From Hydrurus foetidus (lineage: Eukaryota): a stretch of DNA of 64,000 nucleotides. Numbering within the stretch: the stretch's first letter is position 1; every line of letters starts with the position of its first letter. The notes beneath the pieces are model-generated. The model was not told the DNA's origin. It saw only the letters and a list, made by a program, of their open reading frames with translations, and did no database searches. Of the stretch, positions 1 through 10,336 are shown in pieces. The position numbers and the translations under genes are program-made. Where the stretch lies: assembly GCA_900617105.1 (NCBI GenBank), contig UYFQ01000032.1, forward strand, positions 310,001 through 374,000, written 5' to 3'.

Positions 1-12
1 GGAAAACAGGCC

Positions 13-2355
13 ATGTTTAAGCGAAATTTGATAGCAGCGGTTGTCTTAGGTGCGGCGCTCCCGGTAGGGTTCCACACCACGGACGCTTGGTCACGTACCA
101 AAAAGAGTCCCAGTGAGCAGATCGAAAGAAAAGAAACCGAATCGGTCGTCGCTCCCAATTTAGCCGTACCCAAAATGGTGCCTGCGTCCAGCGAAATTGC
201 GGCCAGTTTGGGCGCAGGTACGTTGCGCAAATACACCTTCAGCTTGAAGCAATTGGGGGCCAGTGATCCTTTCCAGTTGCGTGGCGTAGACCCGGTTTAT
301 TCGTTGCCCTTCAGTGTCCCTGCAGACGAAGTGGTCACAGGACTCAAACTCAAACTTGACTTTGCTTATTCCCCTGCATTGCTCGCCAATTTGTCTCATT
401 TGAAGATTTTGGTCAATGGCGAAATCGCAGCAACCGTCGCTTTGCCCAAAGAGCAATCAGGCACCAATTTGGTTCGAGAGATTTCGATAGATCCTCGCTT
501 GCTGACCGATTTCAACCGCATCAACTTGCAGTTCATTGGCCACTACACCTTGGATTGCGAGGATCCTTACCATTCCAGCCTCTGGTTGAACGTCAGCAAT
601 TTGAGTACGCTGGAATTCACCGTGACACCGCTGTCCGTACAAAGCGATTTGGCTTTGCTGCCAGCGCCTTTCTTTGACCGCCGTGACAACCGTCGCCTTG
701 AGTTACCGTTCGTGTTTGGCGGCACCCCATCTACAGGCACGCTAGAAGCTGCGGGCATTGTTTCCTCTTGGTTTGGCGCACTGGCCAGCTACCGTGGCGC
801 TTGGTTTCCTGCAAATTTGAATACGGTTCCGGTTGACGACGTGGTTGTTTTTGCGACCAATGACGACCGCCCCGCAGGTCTCACTATTCCTGCGATCAAC
901 GGCCCCACGCTGTCTGTTGCCCCCCATCCCGCAGACGCGCGCTATAAAGTGCTTTACGTGCTGGGTCGTGATGCCAAAGAGCTACGCACAGCAGCCACGG
1001 CACTGGGTCTAGGCCGGAACACGTTCTCAGGTCAAACCGTGCAAGTGACGGGTCTTGAGAATTTGAAGACACGTCAGCCTTACGATGCACCGAACTGGGT
1101 TCCAAGTGATCGCCCGGTCAAGCTTGGCGAGTTGGCTACGGTTGAAGAAATGAATGTCTCAGGCATTCGTCCAGATTTGGTTCGCGTGAATCTGCGTACG
1201 CCACCGGATTTGTTTGGGTGGAAAAGCAAAGGGGTTCCGTTTGACCTCAAATACCGCTACACACCACGTCCGAACATTGACAAATCAACGTTGAACATTA
1301 ACGTCAACCGCAACTTTGTCACGGCTTATCCGCTGCTGCCTTTCCCTGAGTTGGCATCGACCGACTCCGTGGCAAAAAAAGTACAGTCACTCATTGCCAA
1401 CGAAAAACTGATTCCAGGCCGTGAAGAGTTTTTTATACCATTGACACTGTTGCCTGCACGTAGCCAGCTACAGTTCCACTTCCACTACGATTACCCCAAG
1501 TTGGGTGCCTGTAAAGACGTTGAAATGCGCAATCTTCAAGGTGCTATCGACCCCGATTCCACCTTGGATTTGACCTCTTTTCCGCATTACATTCAGATGC
1601 CTAATTTGGCCGTATTCGCGAATGCAGGTTATCCATTCACACGGATGGCTGATCTTTCAGAAACCGCTGTGATCTTGCCGGACACACTGGGCGTTCCAGA
1701 TGTGGGTACCTACCTGACGCTGATGGGGCGCATGGGTGAATCCACAGGTTTACCCGCCTACGGTGTCTCTGTTGGTCGCGCTGGTGATGTTCAAAAGTTT
1801 GCTGACAAAGATATTTTGTTGCTGGGCAGCTCATCCAACCAAGCGATGTTGGCGCAGTGGAGCAAGCAGATGCCATTCTCGGTGAATGGTCAATCTCGCT
1901 CTTTCTCGCTGTCAGAGTGGGCAACGCATTACCTGCCGTGGTTTGAAGCGCCTGTAACCGATCGCGCACCAGTGGTCAAACTTTCTGAAATCACCCTGAA
2001 CAAAGAAGCCGTTATCGTTGGCTTTGAGTCCCCGCTGAAAAATGGTCGCAGCGTTGTGGCTATCGTCAGCGATAAAACTTCAGGTTTAGCCGATGTTCTG
2101 GGCGCGTTGATGGACGGCGAACTGATCTCCAAAATTCAAGGCTCGTTGACTGTGGTTCGTGGCAAAGAGGTGGACTCGATGACCGTAGGCAGTGCCTACA
2201 ACGTCGGTATGCTCCCCCCTCTCACCAAGCTCAAGTGGATGCTGTCCAGCAACTCCTGGATTGTGGGTATTTTACTGATCGTTGGGGCAATTTTGCTTGG
2301 TGCTGTGGTTTACACCCTCTTGCGTCTGCGTGTGGTTCGCCGCACAAAGGGATAA
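13..2355 (+). CDS. bcsB: Cellulose synthase regulatory subunit BcsB
   Basis: Signal peptide; BcsB-like motifs (FIGHYT-CEDP-HSSLW, PYDAPNW, FANAGYPFTRMADLSET); C-terminal TM anchor; directly upstream of bcsC. Confidence 0.95.
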   Translation: MFKRNLIAAVVLGAALPVGFHTTDAWSRTKKSPSEQIERKETESVVAPNLAVPKMVPASSEIAASLGAGTLRKYTFSLKQLGASDPFQLRGVDPVYSLPFSVPADEVVTGLKLKLDFAYSPALLANLSHLKILVNGEIAATVALPKEQSGTNLVREISIDPRLLTDFNRINLQFIGHYTLDCEDPYHSSLWLNVSNLSTLEFTVTPLSVQSDLALLPAPFFDRRDNRRLELPFVFGGTPSTGTLEAAGIVSSWFGALASYRGAWFPANLNTVPVDDVVVFATNDDRPAGLTIPAINGPTLSVAPHPADARYKVLYVLGRDAKELRTAATALGLGRNTFSGQTVQVTGLENLKTRQPYDAPNWVPSDRPVKLGELATVEEMNVSGIRPDLVRVNLRTPPDLFGWKSKGVPFDLKYRYTPRPNIDKSTLNINVNRNFVTAYPLLPFPELASTDSVAKKVQSLIANEKLIPGREEFFIPLTLLPARSQLQFHFHYDYPKLGACKDVEMRNLQGAIDPDSTLDLTSFPHYIQMPNLAVFANAGYPFTRMADLSETAVILPDTLGVPDVGTYLTLMGRMGESTGLPAYGVSVGRAGDVQKFADKDILLLGSSSNQAMLAQWSKQMPFSVNGQSRSFSLSEWATHYLPWFEAPVTDRAPVVKLSEITLNKEAVIVGFESPLKNGRSVVAIVSDKTSGLADVLGALMDGELISKIQGSLTVVRGKEVDSMTVGSAYNVGMLPPLTKLKWMLSSNSWIVGILLIVGAILLGAVVYTLLRLRVVRRTKG

Positions 2356-2361
2356 AGACTC

Positions 2362-5300
2362 ATGCGAACATCCCGACCCTGGCTGAGACGCTTAGCGGGC
2401 ACGGCCATATCGTCAGCCGTTTTGGCCGCAACCTTCCCTGCACTGGCAGCGAATGAATTGGCGATCAAGACACTGACCGATCAAGCCCGCTACTGGCAAT
2501 CCAAAGGCCGAGGCGATTTGGCCTCGGATGCCTGGAAAAAACTGCTGTCCCTGGATGCCAACAGCATTGACGCACTGTCCTCTCTGGCTCAATCCGAGTT
2601 GGACAACAACCGTTTGGAGTCATCTCGCAGTTACACCGAACGGCTTAAACAGCTGCAAGGTGGTGGGGCTGCGGCACGCCGTATTGAATCGGGTGCAGCA
2701 TCCAAAACCGTGGACAGCAAGCAACTGGAAGAAGCGCGCACTGCGGCAAAATCTGGAAAATCAGAAGATGCTTCTCGCATCTACCGGCAAGTGCTGGGCG
2801 GAAAAACACCAACAGGCCCTTTGGCCTTGGAGTACTTCCAAACACTCGGTGGTAGTGAGCAAGGCTGGGAAGAAGCACGCCAAGGTTTGGCACGGCTGAA
2901 CGCCGAGGAACCCAACAACCGCCAAGTTGCCTTGGCTTACGCCCAACATTTGACCTACCGCGCTGGCAGCCGTCGTGATGGCATCCGTTTGCTGACACAG
3001 CTTACACGCCAACCAGACATGGCCAAGCCAGCCAACGAATCACTGCGTAAAGCCTTGATTTGGCTGGAAGCCTCCAAGAGCGATGCGCCTTTGTTTCAAG
3101 GCTATCTGAGCTCACAAGGTGCTGATGCAGCCATCCGCAACCGTCTGGACGCTTTGACGCGCGTGGAAAGGGTTGAGCCCGTCAAAATTGACCCCAAAGT
3201 GATCGCCTTGCGCGACGGTTTTACCGCCCTCAACAGCGGCGATTTAGCACAAGCGTCTTCACGGTTTGAAAAACTTCTTGCAGACAACCCCAACAACACC
3301 GATGCCCTGGGTGGTCTTGGCGTTATCCGGCTCAAACAAGAAAAATTTGCCGAAGCTGAGCGATTTTTGGCGCAAGCCACGAGAAGTGGAGTAAACCTAG
3401 CAAAATGGGGTACAGCCCTCAACAGTGCGCGTTTTTGGCAAGAAATGGATGCCGCCAATGCCAGCCATCAAGCCGGTCAAAACGAACAAGCGGCGGCGCA
3501 ATTCACGCGCGCCCAACGCATTGATCCTTCACAAACGCTGCCCGTACTGGGCCTTGCAGACATCCATTCTGAACAAGGCAAGCTGGTTGAAGCTGAGAAC
3601 GCCTACCGCCGTGTTTTAGGCAAAGAGCCTTCGTCTTTAGATGCTTTGCGCGGCTTGCTGGGCGTACTCGCACAGCAAGGTCGTATTGATGAAGCCGCCG
3701 GTTTAGCCGAGAAACTGTCGCTCGACCAGCGTGAAAAATTGGGTGGATTTGGCACACTGAAAGGCGAACAATTGCGCCGTGCAGCGATGGCCGCTTCAGC
3801 CCGAGGTGACAACAATGGCGCAGTACAACTGCTTGAAGATGCCATGCTGTGGGATCCCACCAGCCCGTGGTTGCGCCTTGAGTTAGGCCGTTTGTACCAA
3901 ACTGCCGGAGCGATGAGTGAAGCCCGTGCTGTGGTGGATGGTCTGCTGGTTTCTAACCCCAACATGCCCAGTGCCCTCTATGCCAGTGCGTTGATGAGTG
4001 CCGAAGCTGAAGACTGGTTAGGCGGTCTTGACCAGCTAGAGCGCATACCCGCCAACAGCCGCACCAAAGAAATGCTGAATCTGCAACGCCGGCTTTGGGT
4101 GCGTGCCCAAGCTGAACGCGCATCGGTACTAGCTCGTTCAGGTCAAAGTGCTTCAGCGGTGCAGATCTTGCGCCAAATCGAGCCCGCGGCAGGCCGTGAA
4201 GGTGAATTATTGGGCGCTATCGCACAAGGTTACTCCGACGCAGGTGAAGACAACCGTGCGCTTGCCACCATGCGCACGCTGATTGCTCAAAATACACGCC
4301 CTGACTTGGGCATGATGGTGCAGTACGCAGCCATTTTGCTCAAAACCAAACAAGACGCAGAATTGGCCGCGCAAATGCGCCAGCTCTATGCGCAACCTTT
4401 GGCTGAAAAACAGCGGGCTGATCTCGACAAAATTCGCATTGCCTACAGCTTGCGGCAGTTTGATTTGCAGCGCGAAGCTAACAACATCGCGCCCGCTTAT
4501 GAAATTTTGATGCCCTTGATTACCGAGCGGCCTGATGATGTGTCTTTGCAGCTTGCGTTGGCACGTTTGTATGGCAGCGCACGGGAATACAAAGATGCCT
4601 TGGCGTGGTACGACTACGCCTTACAACGCGAGCCTGACAATTTAGATGCCTTGGTCGCAGCCTCGGGTGCCGCGCTGGCCGTGCCTAATTTAGCCTATGC
4701 AGAGTCCGCCATCAATAACGCCGTGCAAATCGCACCCGACAATCCGATGGTGCTCACAACACTTGGAAAGGTCTACCGGGCACAAGGCAAAACCAAACTG
4801 GCTTCACAGACTTTCCAGCGAGCCTTGATTGCAGAACAAAGCGCATCAAAGCAATTGGTAAGCGGCCCGCTAGGAATGCGTCTTATCAATTACACGCTGC
4901 CTGGCATGGAGGCTCAGCAAGGTGGGATGGGCACATCTGGAGGAGCACCTTCTTCCGGCGTCCCCAATATCCCTCGTATCGCACCGCCCATGCAGAATGG
5001 CCGAAACCTGAATGCACCGGTGCGTAACTCGGTGTTGCGTCCTATCAGCATGATGCCTGTTGCAGACACACCACTGCCCACAGCGCCTGCGGTTAATTAT
5101 GCGCAAATGGACTCACTGCAGCGATCAACCGTGTTAGTGGCCAATCAGCCCACGCCCTCGGTTGCAGCCCCGTCAGTAGCGCAGCAAGCATCACACATTG
5201 TGCCGGTGCAGTACACCTATCCGCCTTACTACGGCCAGCCAGAACCCAACCGGCAGCAAGCCACAGAAATTTTGCCTTTGCAAAATTTACAACCCTTGCC

Positions 5301-6705
5301 CACAACACGCGCGATGCAAGGCCAGCGGTCGTTACAAATGATCCAGCCCGTGCAAGGTCAGATGCCTGACACGGCAGCACCGTACACCATCACCCAGCCA
5401 CCTTTGCAATCGGCTCCAGGCTATGGCGAGACGGGGCGCAGTGGCTTAGTAACGCCCTTTACCCGCACGCAAAACACCGTACCAACCAAAGAAACACAAG
5501 CTCTGCGCGAAGAGATTGACGCGTTGAGTGCACAGCGCACCGGTTCGGCCTCTGCGGGCGGTATGTGGCGCAGCCGCAGTGGTGATGCAGGCACCAGTTC
5601 ATTGTCGGACTTCACGGTGCCGATAGAAACGCGCTTGCCTGTGGGTGACGGTGGGCACATGGTTTTGCGCGCTACACCTGTTTTGTTGGACGCAGGGCAA
5701 GTTAGCCGTGCTGACCTTAACACTGCACAACGCTTTGGTACCAACGCTTTCGCCGCATCCTCCACCTTAACCAGCGCCAACAGCAGCCAGCAGGCTTCGG
5801 GCATCGGTTTTGGATTAGGTTACGAAAGCTTGCGCCTCAAGATGGACATTGGCAACACACCCGCAGGCTTTCGTGTCGTGACGGCGGTTGGGGGCGTGGC
5901 CTACAACGACCGCATTGGCGATATGTCACTCAAGCTAGACTTGTCCCGCCGCTCGGTGACAGACAGCTTGTTGTCGTACGCAGGCACCATTGACGACCGT
6001 TCTGGCACCGTGTGGGGTGGTGTAACAGCCACCGGTGGACGCGCTGAATTGGGCCTAGAGCAAGGACCGTTCGGTGTCTATGGCTACGGCAGCTACCATT
6101 TTGTAGGTGGGAAAAACGTGCTCGACAACAACCGCTATGAAGGCGGTGCGGGTGCGTACTACAAAATGGTCAACGAACCCAATATGGAGTTGACGGCTGG
6201 TGTCAGTGTGACCGCACTCAGCTACGACAAAAATCTGCGCTACTTCACGCTAGGTCACGGTGGTTATTTCAGCCCACAGCGCTATTTCAGTTTGAATGTG
6301 CCTGTGGAATGGACGGGGCGAAGCGGCCAGTTGGCCTACAAATTTGACGGCTCCGTCGGAATTCAAGCGTTCCGTGAAAACAGTACGGCTTACTTTCCCA
6401 CCAGTGCAGCCCTGCAAACCAGTTGGGAAACCGCTGCAGCTGCAGCCAATGCCACAGCCGGTGGGCCAGCAGGTGTCACCTGGAAAACCAGCTATCCTGG
6501 ACAGAGCAAAACGGGTCTCGGCTTCCGTCTGGGTGGTGCAGCAGAATACAGACTGGCACCTAAATGGGTGGTTGGTGGGCGCGTGGCTTTGGACAACGCC
6601 TCAGATTACTTCCAAGCAGCAGGTTTGCTGTATGTGCGCTACAACTTTGAAGCGTCAAACCGGCCTGTTGCCTTCCCGCCGAATACGTTACGGGTAAACC
6701 AGTGA
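2362..6705 (+). CDS. bcsC: Cellulose export outer-membrane protein BcsC (TPR repeats plus beta-barrel)
   Basis: Signal peptide, many TPR-like helical repeats, C-terminal barrel motifs (RRSVTDSLLSYAG, YFTLGHGGYFSPQ). Confidence 0.95.
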   Translation: MRTSRPWLRRLAGTAISSAVLAATFPALAANELAIKTLTDQARYWQSKGRGDLASDAWKKLLSLDANSIDALSSLAQSELDNNRLESSRSYTERLKQLQGGGAAARRIESGAASKTVDSKQLEEARTAAKSGKSEDASRIYRQVLGGKTPTGPLALEYFQTLGGSEQGWEEARQGLARLNAEEPNNRQVALAYAQHLTYRAGSRRDGIRLLTQLTRQPDMAKPANESLRKALIWLEASKSDAPLFQGYLSSQGADAAIRNRLDALTRVERVEPVKIDPKVIALRDGFTALNSGDLAQASSRFEKLLADNPNNTDALGGLGVIRLKQEKFAEAERFLAQATRSGVNLAKWGTALNSARFWQEMDAANASHQAGQNEQAAAQFTRAQRIDPSQTLPVLGLADIHSEQGKLVEAENAYRRVLGKEPSSLDALRGLLGVLAQQGRIDEAAGLAEKLSLDQREKLGGFGTLKGEQLRRAAMAASARGDNNGAVQLLEDAMLWDPTSPWLRLELGRLYQTAGAMSEARAVVDGLLVSNPNMPSALYASALMSAEAEDWLGGLDQLERIPANSRTKEMLNLQRRLWVRAQAERASVLARSGQSASAVQILRQIEPAAGREGELLGAIAQGYSDAGEDNRALATMRTLIAQNTRPDLGMMVQYAAILLKTKQDAELAAQMRQLYAQPLAEKQRADLDKIRIAYSLRQFDLQREANNIAPAYEILMPLITERPDDVSLQLALARLYGSAREYKDALAWYDYALQREPDNLDALVAASGAALAVPNLAYAESAINNAVQIAPDNPMVLTTLGKVYRAQGKTKLASQTFQRALIAEQSASKQLVSGPLGMRLINYTLPGMEAQQGGMGTSGGAPSSGVPNIPRIAPPMQNGRNLNAPVRNSVLRPISMMPVADTPLPTAPAVNYAQMDSLQRSTVLVANQPTPSVAAPSVAQQASHIVPVQYTYPPYYGQPEPNRQQATEILPLQNLQPLPTTRAMQGQRSLQMIQPVQGQMPDTAAPYTITQPPLQSAPGYGETGRSGLVTPFTRTQNTVPTKETQALREEIDALSAQRTGSASAGGMWRSRSGDAGTSSLSDFTVPIETRLPVGDGGHMVLRATPVLLDAGQVSRADLNTAQRFGTNAFAASSTLTSANSSQQASGIGFGLGYESLRLKMDIGNTPAGFRVVTAVGGVAYNDRIGDMSLKLDLSRRSVTDSLLSYAGTIDDRSGTVWGGVTATGGRAELGLEQGPFGVYGYGSYHFVGGKNVLDNNRYEGGAGAYYKMVNEPNMELTAGVSVTALSYDKNLRYFTLGHGGYFSPQRYFSLNVPVEWTGRSGQLAYKFDGSVGIQAFRENSTAYFPTSAALQTSWETAAAAANATAGGPAGVTWKTSYPGQSKTGLGFRLGGAAEYRLAPKWVVGGRVALDNASDYFQAAGLLYVRYNFEASNRPVAFPPNTLRVNQ

Positions 6706-7502
6706 TGAAGATGTTGATAAAGAGAGTTTCCCAAGCTGGCGTTCTAGCGGGTCTATTGACGGCTATGGCGCTGGGTGCGTCAGCTCAGGCGCAATCCCTC
6801 TCCAGCCCTGCGGATCGGGATGCCGCCGCACGCGCGGCATACGCAAGGGGGGACAATACCCGCGCCTCAGCCAGCTTGAATGAGGCTGTTCGGCTTAATC
6901 CTTTTGACCCTGTTGCGCTGAACAACCTAGCGGTTAATTACGCGGCTCAAGGCGACTATCAAAATGCGGTTGCCTTGCTTGAACGCGCACAGCGGCTGGC
7001 CCCTAACAGGCCTGACATTGTCAATAATTTGGCCAATCTGAAAGCCTGGATGGCACAGGACAGCCAATTTGCAGTGGGTTCGCGTGGTGCACCACAAGCG
7101 CTGAATTTCCCTCGTGCAGAAGACTCCCCTCCTGAGTTCCCCCCTTTGTGGGGTGTGCCAGCAGGTGCGACTGTGCAACAACCCATGCAACAGCAACAAA
7201 CCCCTGTTCGCAATACAGCGCAAGCACCAGTTTACGCAGCACCTCAAGCCTACCCACAGCCGGTGTATCAACAGCAGCCTGCTTACCAGCAACCCAGCTA
7301 TCCCGCGCAAGCGGCTTACCCCACAGTAGCGCCATCGGCACAATCCTATGTGCAACCGTCAACGCCGTTAACACAAGCAGCCGCGTATTCGTCTCGCCCC
7401 GCAGCGCTGCAAACGCGGCAAGTGATGATTACAGAGCGTGCCAGCGATGCACCGCGTCACAAAAAGAAAAAAATACAGGCGCTGGATTGCCCTGTCCCTT
7501 GA
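6702..7502 (+). CDS. Secreted TPR protein with Pro/Gln-rich tail
   Basis: Signal peptide, TPR-like repeats (ALNNLAVNYAAQGDYQNAVALLERA); start overlaps the bcsC stop. Confidence 0.8.
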   Translation: MMKMLIKRVSQAGVLAGLLTAMALGASAQAQSLSSPADRDAAARAAYARGDNTRASASLNEAVRLNPFDPVALNNLAVNYAAQGDYQNAVALLERAQRLAPNRPDIVNNLANLKAWMAQDSQFAVGSRGAPQALNFPRAEDSPPEFPPLWGVPAGATVQQPMQQQQTPVRNTAQAPVYAAPQAYPQPVYQQQPAYQQPSYPAQAAYPTVAPSAQSYVQPSTPLTQAAAYSSRPAALQTRQVMITERASDAPRHKKKKIQALDCPVP

Positions 7503-7646
7503 GCAATCTCACCCCATCAAACACTGTTTCAATGGGGTTATTCTCTTCACGCACCATGTCTCGCTTAGGCGCAGCGCAAGCGTGTTGGGTTGAGTGCCTT
7601 CTGCGCACTTGCTAGAATCCATTTTTATCCCTTTTACAGCACGTTC

Positions 7647-8540
7647 ATGACACCTATCACTGGTAGCATCGTGGCGCTTGTGACGCCCATGCTTGAAGAC
7701 GGCAGCGTGGACTATCCCGGTCTGCGCAAACTCATTGATTGGCATATCCAAGAGGGCACCGATTGCATCGGGGTTGTCGGCACCACCGGAGAATCTCCGA
7801 CCGTCAAAGTCGAAGAGCATTGCGAAATCATTCGCGTCTCGGTCGAACAAGCTCGGGCCAGCAAAATCCGCCAAGTACCCATCATGGCGGGCTGCGGTGC
7901 CAATTCAACCAGCGAAGCTATTGAGTTGGCACGCTTTGCCAAAAAGGTAGGCGCAGATTGCCAGTTGCAAGTTGTGCCCTACTACAACAAGCCCACCCAA
8001 GAAGGCCAGTACCAGCACTTCAAGGCCATCGCTGAAGCTGTTGACCTGCCCACCGTACTCTACAACGTGCCTGGGCGTACCGTTGCAGATATGGCGCACG
8101 ACACCGTGCTGCGCTTGGCCCAAGTCCCCGGCATCATCGGCATCAAAGAAGCCACAGGCAACATTGAACGCGCCCAATGGCTGATCCGCGAAGTACCTGA
8201 AGGCTTTAAAGTTTACTCAGGGGATGACCCTACAGCGGTAGCACTGATGCTGTGCGGTGGGCACGGTAACGTCAGCGTGACCGCCAACGTAGCACCGCGA
8301 TTGATGCATGAGCTGTGCGTCGCTGCAATGGCTGGTAATGCCCATCAAGCAATGGCCCTGCAAATGAAACTGATGCCGCTGCACAAGCAGTTGTTCATTG
8401 AGCCCAACCCTATACCTGTTAAGTGGGCGGTCAGCCGGATGGGCCGATGTGGCCCTACGCTGCGCCTGCCGTTGACACCATTGACCTCCGGCTGTGAAGC
8501 AGCCGTAGAAGATGCCTTGCGCACTGTCGAACTGATTTGA
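7647..8540 (+). CDS. dapA: 4-hydroxy-tetrahydrodipicolinate synthase
   Basis: GTTGES, YNVPGRT and GIKEA motifs; start moved to the ATG at 7647 ([14 protein letters not shown]). Confidence 0.97.
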   Translation: MTPITGSIVALVTPMLEDGSVDYPGLRKLIDWHIQEGTDCIGVVGTTGESPTVKVEEHCEIIRVSVEQARASKIRQVPIMAGCGANSTSEAIELARFAKKVGADCQLQVVPYYNKPTQEGQYQHFKAIAEAVDLPTVLYNVPGRTVADMAHDTVLRLAQVPGIIGIKEATGNIERAQWLIREVPEGFKVYSGDDPTAVALMLCGGHGNVSVTANVAPRLMHELCVAAMAGNAHQAMALQMKLMPLHKQLFIEPNPIPVKWAVSRMGRCGPTLRLPLTPLTSGCEAAVEDALRTVELI

Positions 8541-8580
8541 GCCTCATGCAGACCACTGCAGGCACTTTAAGGAATATTAC

Positions 8581-9666
8581 GTGAATCATTCAATCCGATT
8601 TGGATTAGCGAGTCTTGCACTTGCACTGACCGCCTGTGGCTCGCTGGAAGGCGATAAAGTCAACTACAAAAGCGCAACCAAAGCGCCAACCTTGGAAGTA
8701 CCTCCAGATCTCACTCAACTGAGCCGCGACAGCCGATATGCCGTTGCAGGCGGCACTGTAAGCGCGGCAAATTACAAAACAGGTCAAGCCAGCACAACCC
8801 AGCCCGTAGCAAGCCGTGCAGCAGGCGATGTGAAAATCGAACGATCAGGCAATCAGCAATGGCTGGTAGTGACTCGCCCACCAGAGCAATTGTGGGATGC
8901 CACACGGGATTTTTGGCAACAAGCCGGTTTCGTGCTGGTGTCTGACCAAGCTTCGCTGGGCATCATGGAAACCGACTGGGCCGAGAACCGTGCCAAAATT
9001 CCACAGGACTTTATCCGCAGCACGCTGGGTAAGGTACTCGATTCCTTCTATTCGACCGGTGAGCAGGATAAATTCCGCACCCGCTTAGAGCGCAACACTG
9101 CTGGTGGCACCGATATTTTCATCAGCCATCGCGGCATGATGGAAATCTACACCACCAGCACCAAAGACACCACCAAGTGGCAGCCCCGCCCCGCAGACCC
9201 TGATCTGGAAGCCGAATTTTTAAAGCGCCTGATGCTGAAATTGGGTGATGTCACCACTGATGCCAGCCCTGCGGTCATCGCAGCACAGACTGTTCCTACC
9301 ACCTCACGGGTCACCACTGTCAACGGCCAGCCGATGGTTCAAATTGACGAAGGTTTTGACCGGGCTTGGCGACGTGTGGGTCTCAGCCTTGACCGCACTG
9401 GCTTTACCGTTGAAGACCGGGATCGCACCAAAGGTACTTACTTTGTGCGTTATGTCGAACCCAATACCAAAAAGCAAGAACCCGGCTTCTTCGCCAAACT
9501 TTTAAGCAGCAGCACCGCAGCCTCAACCGCTCCATCGAAACTGCGCGTCATACTGACCAGTACAGCGCAATCCACCACGGTGTCAGTACAAAATGCAGAA
9601 GGCACACCGGAGACCACCGCCATAGCGCAGCGGATTGTGAAGGTGATTGCGGATGATCTGAAATAA
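8581..9666 (+). CDS. bamC: Outer membrane assembly lipoprotein BamC (NlpB/DapX)
   Basis: Lipobox LTAC, LEVPPDL and METDWAENRAKIP motifs; conserved position after dapA. Confidence 0.92.
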   Translation: MNHSIRFGLASLALALTACGSLEGDKVNYKSATKAPTLEVPPDLTQLSRDSRYAVAGGTVSAANYKTGQASTTQPVASRAAGDVKIERSGNQQWLVVTRPPEQLWDATRDFWQQAGFVLVSDQASLGIMETDWAENRAKIPQDFIRSTLGKVLDSFYSTGEQDKFRTRLERNTAGGTDIFISHRGMMEIYTTSTKDTTKWQPRPADPDLEAEFLKRLMLKLGDVTTDASPAVIAAQTVPTTSRVTTVNGQPMVQIDEGFDRAWRRVGLSLDRTGFTVEDRDRTKGTYFVRYVEPNTKKQEPGFFAKLLSSSTAASTAPSKLRVILTSTAQSTTVSVQNAEGTPETTAIAQRIVKVIADDLK

Positions 9667-9704
9667 TGCAGCAGAATGGCACACAGGCTTGATACCTGTG
9701 CGCC

Positions 9705-9751
9705 TCATGCAAAAAGCCCATCAGACAATGCCTGATGGGCTTTTTGCATGA
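9705..9751. terminator. Bidirectional intrinsic terminator
   Basis: 20-bp perfect inverted repeat TCATGCAAAAAGCCCATCAG / CTGATGGGCTTTTTGCATGA between convergent genes. Confidence 0.85.
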
Positions 9752-9782
9752 AGGCTGCTGAACGAATTCAGCAGCTGTTCAA

Positions 9783-10109
9783 TTACTTCTTAGGAGCAGC
9801 AGCCTCAGCAGCCTTTTTGGCAGCGTCAGCAGCAGCATCAGCTGCTGCAGTAGCTGCACCAGCAACAGCAGTGCCAGCAGCAGCGGTTACAGCGCCAGCA
9901 GCAGCGGTAGCGGCACCAGCAGCAGCGGTAGCGGCACCAGCAGCAGCGTCAACAGCAGAAGCGGCAGCGGCAGCAACAGGAGCGGCTTCAGGTGCTGGAG
10001 CAGCAGCTGCGGGCGCGGGTGCTGGGGCAGCAACTGGTTCTTCTTTTTTGCCACAAGCAGCGAGAGCAGCAGCAGCGATGACGACTGCCAAAACGAGGGA
10101 TTTATTCAT
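9783..10109 (-). CDS. Small Ala-rich lipoprotein
   Basis: MNKSLVLAVVIAAAALAAC lipobox, then low-complexity Ala/Pro repeats; start at ATG 10109. Confidence 0.85.
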   Translation of the reverse strand: MNKSLVLAVVIAAAALAACGKKEEPVAAPAPAPAAAAPAPEAAPVAAAAASAVDAAAGAATAAAGAATAAAGAVTAAAGTAVAGAATAAADAAADAAKKAAEAAAPKK

Positions 10110-10336
10110 TTCAAATATCCTATTTGTTACGGGAGAGTAGGTAGACAACAATTTCCGGAAAGTGTCAAAACAAGACTCCAAATCACGGCATCACTGCTTT
10201 GCAGGGGCTTATCTTGACCGAGCGAAAGGACTCGAGCTCTTTCGTCTCAGCCTTCGATTATAAGCCGGATTACAGACGACTTACAACGCTTACAAACATG
10301 TCAAGCGTGGTGCAATACCCACAAACCCAGGGGTCG

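Noticed and set aside
10220..10248. Hairpin upstream of the Ala-rich lipoprotein as a riboswitch or sRNA
   Set aside because: A single imperfect stem that I could not match to any RNA family.
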